A DNA stretch of 23,937 bases. It comes from an uncultured Nitrososphaerota archaeon (GTDB taxonomy: Archaea; Asgardarchaeota; Njordarchaeia; Njordarchaeales; Panguiarchaeaceae). Location of the stretch: NCBI GenBank assembly GCA_964636085.1, contig CAZWPQ010000011.1, forward strand, positions 1 through 23,937, written 5' to 3'. The translations under genes and the position numbers were made by a program. Positions 7,899 through 15,058 of this stretch are shown here, piece after piece; the first letter of the stretch is position 1, and each line of letters begins with the position of its first letter. The notes below the pieces were generated by a model, which worked only from the letters and a program-made list of their open reading frames with translations, made no database searches and had not been told where the DNA came from.

Positions 7899-8369
7899 AT
7901 GGGGAGCCTTATGGTTAAGCTTCGATTCAAGAGGAAATTGCCGTGGATATTCAAATATGGCATCGGTCTGTACAAACCCAAATATAGAATCGCGGCCCCC
8001 GATCTCGGTCTTGACAAAGAAGAGAATAGGCTCCTAGTATATGTACTGTTGGTTGTTCTGCTCGCATGTCTATTTGGTGGGATATTCATCGTCACGTATG
8101 AGTTTACCCCGGCGCTAATTGAGGTTGGGGGGCGTGCCCGTACTATATATCCCGGTTTTTCAAGGGAAACGCTAGCTGAGTTTTTCATAGCTTCGACTTG
8201 CTTTGTTATTGCAGGGATAGGTTTGTATTACATGAGGACAGCACCTCGGAAAGAGGAGGAGGCTTGGTCATCATATATGTCCTTTGGTATGTTGTTGTTC
8301 TTGCTCTCTGTAATGGTTTTAGCTGGAGTTTTCTCGTATAAGGCTGGGTTATTAAGGTTTGGCAGATAA
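7899..8369 (+). CDS. OSTC/DC2-like (OST3/OST6 family transmembrane module) oligosaccharyltransferase accessory subunit
   Basis: Three TM segments. VYVLLVVLLACLFGGIF vs human DC2 VYALVVVSYFLITGGIIY; ETLAEFFIASTCFVIAGIGLYYM vs [23 protein letters not shown]. An alternative start is ATG 7911 after GGGGAG. Confidence 0.72.
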   Translation: MGSLMVKLRFKRKLPWIFKYGIGLYKPKYRIAAPDLGLDKEENRLLVYVLLVVLLACLFGGIFIVTYEFTPALIEVGGRARTIYPGFSRETLAEFFIASTCFVIAGIGLYYMRTAPRKEEEAWSSYMSFGMLLFLLSVMVLAGVFSYKAGLLRFGR

Positions 8370-8436
8370 AATTTTAATGGTGAAATAAATATTTTTTGTC
8401 CACTTTATCGGTGGGGATATTAGCAATCCATACCTC

Positions 8437-9234
8437 ATGGAGTTAAGGCTTGTTAGAATTTCTGACCTATATCTTCACGAGGAGACAGTAGATAGGTACA
8501 TACAAAAATTGGGCGAATCGCTTTTAAGGGAAGGGGTTCTATTAAATCCGATACTAGTAGACAAGGACTATCATGTAGTTTTGGACGGGACTCATAGAGT
8601 TAAATGTTTAGAAAGACTCGGATATAAAAGAATACCAGCAGTTCTGGTGGACTATCTGGATGAGAGAATAAGGCTAAGAAATTGGTATCGTGTTCTCTCT
8701 GGTGATATCGGGATAATATGGAGAGTAGCTAAGGACTTTAGTTTCGTGGAAACACAGTACAGGTCGTGGTATGCGAGGGAGGGAGTTATTGATAGGATTG
8801 TGCTTGCGTCAAATAAAGGGACATTGGTCTATATGGGGGAGGGGGACATATATGATGTCTACTGCTTGCTAAAGAAATTCGAGGAAAAGCTTAGGGTAAG
8901 TGGAGTGGGAATAGAGTATATTCACGAAGAAGAAGCCGTAAGTTTAGTAGAGAAGGGAAAGACCATAATAATTACTCCTAAATTATCAAAACTAGACATA
9001 ATTAGAAATGCTAGGGCTGGAAGAGTATTTCCACCAAAGACAACTAGGCATATATTTCCCGTAAGGCCCCTGTTTATAGAGGTCCCATTAGATCTTCTCG
9101 GGGAGCCAAAGTTTGGAGTCGATTCGGAGGCCATAATGGAAAAAAGTTTATCTCGTAGACTCCACATAAAAATGGGCGGTAGAATAACAATTGATAGGTT
9201 CTACGAGGAGGATTATCTCGTAGTTTTTATTTAG
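8437..9234 (+). CDS. serK: ParB/Srx-domain protein, SerK/SbnI-like free L-serine kinase
   Basis: LHEE (PHEQ in Thermococcus SerK), NPILV, LDGTHR (VDGHHR), VDY.D....NWY (LDY.D....TWY) and C-terminal VFPPKTTRHIFP (VFSPKTTRHVLP). Confidence 0.75.
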   Translation: MELRLVRISDLYLHEETVDRYIQKLGESLLREGVLLNPILVDKDYHVVLDGTHRVKCLERLGYKRIPAVLVDYLDERIRLRNWYRVLSGDIGIIWRVAKDFSFVETQYRSWYAREGVIDRIVLASNKGTLVYMGEGDIYDVYCLLKKFEEKLRVSGVGIEYIHEEEAVSLVEKGKTIIITPKLSKLDIIRNARAGRVFPPKTTRHIFPVRPLFIEVPLDLLGEPKFGVDSEAIMEKSLSRRLHIKMGGRITIDRFYEEDYLVVFI

Positions 9235-9244
9235 GTGATTATTG

Positions 9245-10300
9245 GTGCATGTGCTTATAGTGCGCGTAGGCAAGGAGAACGAGGGCATTATAGATGAGAT
9301 ATCTAAGGAAATAATCGATGAATTAAAGAGACTCAAGGTAGGAATTGTTGGATATAAAGCATATGAGAATCTTGGAACGATAATAATTGTGTTGAAAAGA
9401 AACAATGTTTTGACCCAGGCAGACATAGTTGCGAAGATTATGGAATCGGTGTCGGATAGGGTTTATTGCGATGATATAACTATTTTATTCAAACCGGTAA
9501 TATCTTGCATTATAGACCCACAGAAGCTAATATTAGTCGAGTTGTATTTGTGGCTTTACGAGCTTCTATTGAAGCTTTTCAAGATCCCTTATGATGAGAT
9601 CTTATCCAATGTTAAGCGCGAAATAATCAGACTAGAAACAGGAGATGCCGATTTGTTAGATCTGGAGGACTTGGGGTTATTGATAAAGTGTGGAAGCATA
9701 GCGATTGTCAATCCAGTAATATTCTATGATGGGCTTAATGAGTTATTAGAGAAAATCTCCGCCCTAAAGGAATTGGGTATAGGCAGTGTATATGAAGCCA
9801 AAATTGTTTTCATAGTAACGCTACTGTCTGATTTTAACGACTTGGATAGAGTCATTGAGGTGTGTAATTGGATGCTTGGTCTGCACCCAAACAAGATTTT
9901 TGGGCATATACAACGGTTGATAACGAAAGGGATATTATTGGTGGACGGATTTAAAATAGGAGTTTGTGAGTCTGTGGAAGTGGTGATGAGGGAAATTATA
10001 GTGAAAATGAAACAAAGTATCCGGTCTTCCGTGATGATTATAAGGGGTAGTATAGAGGAAAATTTATCTAAGTTACAGACGTGTACTAGTGAAGTAATTC
10101 TGATCAATGATTCTGGTGAATATGCAAGAATGAGTTTGATAGATGCTTTTCTGACTCTTTCAAACAAATATGATGATGTTTTTTTGTCGTCAGTAGCGTT
10201 ATTTGTGTATCTGCTTGGGGGGGATAGGCGTAGAATTTGGAGTTTAGATGAGCTAAGATACATAACTAGGGAGGTGCTAGACATTATGAAGAAGACCTAA
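9245..10300 (+). CDS. Hypothetical protein, possibly an N-terminal ferredoxin-like (ACT/RAM) domain plus winged-helix segments
   Basis: Long ORF following serK with SD GGTGA at 9234-9238. The domain guess comes from the hydrophobic pattern only (LLDLEDLGLL and IQRLITKGILLV look like wHTH recognition helix plus wing). Confidence 0.7.
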   Translation: MHVLIVRVGKENEGIIDEISKEIIDELKRLKVGIVGYKAYENLGTIIIVLKRNNVLTQADIVAKIMESVSDRVYCDDITILFKPVISCIIDPQKLILVELYLWLYELLLKLFKIPYDEILSNVKREIIRLETGDADLLDLEDLGLLIKCGSIAIVNPVIFYDGLNELLEKISALKELGIGSVYEAKIVFIVTLLSDFNDLDRVIEVCNWMLGLHPNKIFGHIQRLITKGILLVDGFKIGVCESVEVVMREIIVKMKQSIRSSVMIIRGSIEENLSKLQTCTSEVILINDSGEYARMSLIDAFLTLSNKYDDVFLSSVALFVYLLGGDRRRIWSLDELRYITREVLDIMKKT

Positions 10301-10406
10301 ACAGTAGAGGGATTTATTATTATTTGATATTGCTAATAAATATATCAAGAGATTTTTTGTTAAAATGTATTGTAGAATATTGGGTTTTGGGTCTGGGTGT
10401 CGTGCG

Positions 10407-11528
10407 ATGAGTGAGGACACTAAAGAAACAGAAAAAACTATTGATCGGTCAAGCGAGGATAGTAACGCTAATCTGGATATTGATATAGATTTTGACGAAT
10501 TAATGAATTTTTCGGAGGAGACAAAGAAGGCATTCGACGCTGGGCCCGAAGTGCTTGTAAACTTGTCCCATGACAAGATAATGGAGGAACTAAAGGAAAA
10601 GCAGAAAGCAATAGAGTCGGCATTTGAGAAATTAATAGGTATTCGAGATGAGCTAATCTCAAAAATTAGGGAAGAACGAGCATATAGGGATGAGTTCAAT
10701 AAGAAAGTGAAGGAGATAGCATCTAGAATTAGAGAGCTGAATGAAAAGAGAAGCGAGCTACAGAGCTATATTGATGAAAAAAAGCGGGAGCTTAATGAGA
10801 TGAGGAAATCTCTGCGTGAAATAAATGAGAGACTAGAGGTACTTCAGCGAGATATTGAAGGGTTTAGTCTAAGAAAAGAGAGAAAAATTAAGGCACAGAT
10901 ACGTAAACTAGAATATATTCTAGAAACATTTAGAGTCGAACCAGCTATTGAGGAGCATATCATACGCAAGATTAAACAATTATCAGATCAGTTGAAGAGC
11001 TTCAAAGAGAAGGAAGAGAAGTGGAGAGAAATGGGCAAACTAAAGAGGGAGAGAGAAAAGCTGCGTGATTCAATAGGTGCTCTAAGAAAGGCACTTGTTT
11101 TGTATATTCAAGAACTAAGAAAAATACGTAGTGAAATTAAGGAGCTAAGGAAGGAAAGGGATCACTATAAGGCGAAAGCGGATGAGCATCATAATGTTGT
11201 ACAGGCATATGGGCAGAAACTAGAACAGTTGAGGGGTATATTAGACAAGCTGAGGGAAGTTAGGTACAAGGTAATAAGGACACTAAACAAACTTAGGAGG
11301 CTTAAACAGCAAATGAGATACTTTAAAGCAGAAGAGGAGTTCAAGCAGGTAGTTCTAAGGAGGCTTAGTGAAATAAAGACAAAGATAGAGAGGGGAGAAC
11401 TAGAGATGCCCGATTTACAATTCTTAATAAACTTTGGTTTCCTTACCGAGGATATATTTGAAAAAATAGCGACCACTACACCCCAGGAACTGGCTAGAAA
11501 AGTGGCAGAGGAACTTGGGTACAAATAG
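10407..11528 (+). CDS. Archaeal long coiled-coil protein (COG1340-like)
   Basis: E/K/R/L heptads over about 280 aa; RDEFNKKV, I.KLEY.LET and KADEHH motifs typical of the family; acidic N-terminus. ATG 10407 follows GGGTG. Confidence 0.75.
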   Translation: MSEDTKETEKTIDRSSEDSNANLDIDIDFDELMNFSEETKKAFDAGPEVLVNLSHDKIMEELKEKQKAIESAFEKLIGIRDELISKIREERAYRDEFNKKVKEIASRIRELNEKRSELQSYIDEKKRELNEMRKSLREINERLEVLQRDIEGFSLRKERKIKAQIRKLEYILETFRVEPAIEEHIIRKIKQLSDQLKSFKEKEEKWREMGKLKREREKLRDSIGALRKALVLYIQELRKIRSEIKELRKERDHYKAKADEHHNVVQAYGQKLEQLRGILDKLREVRYKVIRTLNKLRRLKQQMRYFKAEEEFKQVVLRRLSEIKTKIERGELEMPDLQFLINFGFLTEDIFEKIATTTPQELARKVAEELGYK

Positions 11529-11558
11529 AAAAATTTGACTTCAACAAAAAATAGGAAT

Positions 11559-12833
11559 CTATAGAATTTCCTCAATATTTTCTCTCTCCATAAGCCTCAA
11601 GACCTCGGCCACACCAGATTTGGCTGGCTCATAACCCATTTTTCTCAGCGCATATTCTATTGCACCTACAGTAGCGATTATCTCTCGCGGACCAACGCTG
11701 CCCATTGTTGCGACCCTAAATATGTGGCCTTTTAACTCTGACTGCCCCCCAGCTATAAGGATTCCTAGATTCCTGATAATGCTCCTAAACTGTTTATCTC
11801 CTTCTTTGCCCCTTATTCTTTCTGGATAGGAGACAGCAGTGACTGTCGGGGACGAATACTTATCAATGTCTACATTATCCCTGACTTCCAGTAATAACCT
11901 TAGCCCCATTGATCGCAGGGCTCTCCGGAGTATTGATGAGATAAGGGATATTCTTTTGAAGCGTCTATTAAGACCTTCTTCAAGAATACTAGTTAGTGCC
12001 GCCTGTAATGCATAGTAGAGTGGTACGGCACCTGTAAATGGTAAATCTTTCTTTCTCAACCAACTGTATAAATAAAGAGCCAAGTGATTGTAATATCCAG
12101 CAATTGAATCGAATGCTATATTGTCGTCCCTAAAATGTTTCTTAAGCTTCTCTACTGCGGTCTCAGATAGAGCCACAAAGCTAAGTCCTGGCGGGGTTTC
12201 TAGACACTTTTGTGAACCAGTAATAAAAACATCAACCTTGAATTCCTCCATACTAACTGGTACTGCTCCAATGCTGGTGATACCATCCACTATTAGCAAA
12301 GAGGATGGAAATTTTTTCTTGATGGTGTGTGCAACTGCCTTAAGATCGATAATGACGCCAGTTGACGTTTCATTGTGGCATAATGTAACTAAAGAGGGCT
12401 CCAAATTTTTGTCTTCGCATGAATCTAAGATCATTCTAACACGTTCAACTGTGAATGCTTGCCCCCATTTTAGCTCGGATTTAACCTCTTGTGTGATAAT
12501 TCTCTTATGTGGAATAGTCATGGATATCTCGAGAAATCTCTCACTAAACTTCCCACACACGAAATTAAGGATGATATCCTCCTTTGTCGCTAAAGATCTC
12601 AGCGATGCATCCATGGCAAGGGTTCCGCTTCCAGAGAGAGACAGGACAACGCCGTTTTTAAGACCGAAGAGTTTTCCTAATTTTTCGTGGACATCAGCTA
12701 TGATATTTCTAAAGTAATCGGTTCGATGTCCATATATCTTCCTCGCCATCTGTCTTATTATCCTGGGGTGGAATTCGATTGGGCCTGGGATCATAATTAA
12801 AGTGTTTTCTTCATCGTAGAGTTTGTATCCCAT
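11559..12833 (-). CDS. Class V PLP aminotransferase (serine-pyruvate/alanine-glyoxylate or archaeal phosphoserine aminotransferase type)
   Basis: MIPGP, GSGTLAMDA, HNETSTGV, VDGITS, GSQKCL (PLP lysine), PPGL and AGGQ..LKG.IFRVATMG. SD GGGGTGA lies just before ATG 12833. Confidence 0.92.
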   Translation of the reverse strand: MGYKLYDEENTLIMIPGPIEFHPRIIRQMARKIYGHRTDYFRNIIADVHEKLGKLFGLKNGVVLSLSGSGTLAMDASLRSLATKEDIILNFVCGKFSERFLEISMTIPHKRIITQEVKSELKWGQAFTVERVRMILDSCEDKNLEPSLVTLCHNETSTGVIIDLKAVAHTIKKKFPSSLLIVDGITSIGAVPVSMEEFKVDVFITGSQKCLETPPGLSFVALSETAVEKLKKHFRDDNIAFDSIAGYYNHLALYLYSWLRKKDLPFTGAVPLYYALQAALTSILEEGLNRRFKRISLISSILRRALRSMGLRLLLEVRDNVDIDKYSSPTVTAVSYPERIRGKEGDKQFRSIIRNLGILIAGGQSELKGHIFRVATMGSVGPREIIATVGAIEYALRKMGYEPAKSGVAEVLRLMERENIEEIL

Positions 12834-12898
12834 ATGGATCACCCCTGTTTTATATAAGCTATACTATCTATTAAACTAGGTAAACCGCGGGGGTTTGG

Positions 12899-13636
12899 TT
12901 GCCAAGTGCAATGCTATTGCTAGAATTGTTGTTACTAATCATCATGATATCTATACCCCTTATACCATTCCTATGGGCATGGCTAAAGGGTTCAAAAAAA
13001 CTAAAAATATTGCATGAGAAGTACTGCAGGGCGCTCGAGGTTACATTTAGGAGATTACTTGGGGCTAGTACCTCATTCACGATAATATCACCGTTAGAAT
13101 CTGTATATGAGGCAACAAATAGAGTTAAAGTTGCAGGGAAGGTATGGTTGGCGGATCGAAGGGCATATTTTTACTATTTCGCAAAGATTTTTAGGCCGAT
13201 AAATGATATGATTTCCTTCTCTATATCGACAAGCTTCACACCTGGTTGTTGTTTGATTATTGTCTCGCGTGAACGCGGAAAGTTAGTGGAGCAAGCCCTA
13301 GCGTATACAGAACAGTTAGAGTACGTAGACATAAGGGGCTTAAAAGATTATTTCATACTAACGGATAATGTCGTTGGTATTAGACACATTTTGGATGAGT
13401 TCATAGTCCAAGAATTGGTAAACATGAAGAAGAAAATATTGTACATAGTTATGGATTATACAGCACCAAACGTGGAGTTTTACATTGAGACAAACGAGAA
13501 GGACTACACAATGGTTATACCTCGAGCTGTTATGCTTATTAAGAATATTATGGATAGAGCTGGGAGAATATCGCCTAGAAGAGAAACTATAGATACAATC
13601 AAGAAGCTCAAAAGAGCGTTGAGACCTAGGGAGTAG
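12899..13636 (+). CDS. CCDC47-like (DUF1682, PAT complex subunit) single-pass membrane protein
   Basis: N-terminal TM followed by GSKKLKI (GKNKNSR in human). [24 protein letters not shown] vs [37 protein letters not shown] vs SIDKAKKFRLNRE. An alternative start is ATG 12911. Confidence 0.68.
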   Translation: [245 protein letters not shown]

Positions 13637-13642
13637 ATGTCT

Positions 13643-14647
13643 TTATCCAAGCCCCAATATATTGTTTTTTCGCTCTCCAATTTTGTCTATGAGGTACCCA
13701 GCAATTAGTGTCAGTGTTATTGTTGCATCCCCCTCTACAACTATCCTCCTTGCCTTTTCAGAAATTTTTCCCCATGATATGGCCTCTTTAGGGCGTGCAC
13801 CACTGAGTGAACCATCGTGTTCGGGGGCCGTTGTTAGATAAACAGCATAACTCAGGCCTCCACCGAATTGAGCCCACCAAATGAGATGATGTTTGCTAAT
13901 GCCTCCACCGATTATGAGCCCTCCTATCTTTTTGGAGGACCAGACTATCTCGGACAATTCCTTTTCGTCAAGGATGACATCCACGATAAAGTCGTGATCT
14001 TGTGCGAAGAGGAAAAGTTGGAATCCAAAGGCACCATCTGTTATTCCAGGTACATAAACTGGTATTTTTTTCTTCCAAGCCCACCATATTAAACTTTTCT
14101 CCTTTTTGTTACTTTTATCTATAACCCGCTTGCCGAGTTCCCATATAAGTCTTCTCGTGGAGATCCTACGTAAGTTTTCTCTCCATAGTTCCTCTAGGAA
14201 TGGCTTGGTTTTTTCCTCAATAATAATTCCATATGATTCTATCGGCACAAAAATGTTGCCGATCCTGTGAATATCGAGCTTGTGTAGTAACTTGTCTTTT
14301 GCCTCAAACCATCCATGATAATAACATCTAAAACTTCTAGCCAGGTCATGGTCGATGGTACCGCATGTTGTGATTATGCAGTCGAAGAAACCCCTTCTAA
14401 TGAGGTCAACAATGACGCCTCTGATCCCTGTCGCCATTAATGCGGCTGGAAATGATATCATTGTTAGGCAATCTGGGTCTCTTAACATTTTTTCGAGAAT
14501 CTTGGCCGCTATTGCAAGTTTTCTTGCTGTAAATCCCCCACTAAATAGAAGAGAATCAACGAGTTCCGATAGCCTCATGTTTTGTCTTATAATTAAATCT
14601 TGGACCTTGGGTAGCTCACTTATAAATTTGTCCCTCATTATCGACAC
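13643..14647 (-). CDS. dys: Deoxyhypusine synthase
   Basis: GGFTA, TG.RG, ITTCG..DHD, RIGNIFVP, PGITDG.FG, GGGISKHH and DGSLSGARP.EA.SWGKI with the catalytic Lys. Confidence 0.96.
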   Translation of the reverse strand: MSIMRDKFISELPKVQDLIIRQNMRLSELVDSLLFSGGFTARKLAIAAKILEKMLRDPDCLTMISFPAALMATGIRGVIVDLIRRGFFDCIITTCGTIDHDLARSFRCYYHGWFEAKDKLLHKLDIHRIGNIFVPIESYGIIIEEKTKPFLEELWRENLRRISTRRLIWELGKRVIDKSNKKEKSLIWWAWKKKIPVYVPGITDGAFGFQLFLFAQDHDFIVDVILDEKELSEIVWSSKKIGGLIIGGGISKHHLIWWAQFGGGLSYAVYLTTAPEHDGSLSGARPKEAISWGKISEKARRIVVEGDATITLTLIAGYLIDKIGERKNNILGLG

Positions 14648-14650
14648 TAA

Positions 14651-14917
14651 CTAGGGGTACTCGGATCCGCATACGGGGCACTTGGCTGTTCTTCCGAGTC
14701 TACGGCACTTTCTGCATCTAACAATTATGCCCTCCTTACAGTTGGGGCATCGAAATAGTATATTTCCGTAATCGGTATAATCTATAAAGCGTCCACATGC
14801 TAGGCATCTTATGCTTTCTAAGGGCAAGTCCTTAATTGTTTTTCTTGATATTTCTTCAATTGGTTCCAATTTTTGTTTTTCTAGTATCTCCTTTATTAGC
14901 TCATATCTTTGTCGCAT
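14651..14917 (-). CDS. DUF1610 (HVO_2753-like) zinc-finger protein
   Basis: CLACG...F.CPNC...I.RCRKCR......CPVCG.EYP pattern with four CxxC pairs; SD GGGGG at 14930-14926. Confidence 0.85.
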   Translation of the reverse strand: MRQRYELIKEILEKQKLEPIEEISRKTIKDLPLESIRCLACGRFIDYTDYGNILFRCPNCKEGIIVRCRKCRRLGRTAKCPVCGSEYP

Positions 14918-15058
14918 ATAGATTTCCCCCGTGTACCAACTTAGTATATGCCAATAGAGGTATAAATAAGCTCATTATTATGAAACCGTAAATATTAAGT
15001 GTATACGTTGTATTATTTTAATTCAAAACCCAAGGTCTCCAGTTGAAGGTTAACCCTC

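Noticed and set aside
8437-9234. Chromosome-partitioning ParB
   Set aside because: There is no HTH and no parA neighbour, and the PKTTRH tail matches SerK/SbnI-type kinases.
9724-10284. 186-aa minus-strand ORF
   Set aside because: It lies wholly antisense to the 9245-10300 gene and has the Ser/Ile-rich composition typical of shadow frames.
10407-11528. SMC/Rad50 or ESCRT-III protein
   Set aside because: No Walker motifs, hinge or zinc hook, and the length and motifs fit the COG1340-like family better.
12121-12717. 198-aa plus-strand ORF
   Set aside because: Antisense shadow of the aminotransferase with no motifs.
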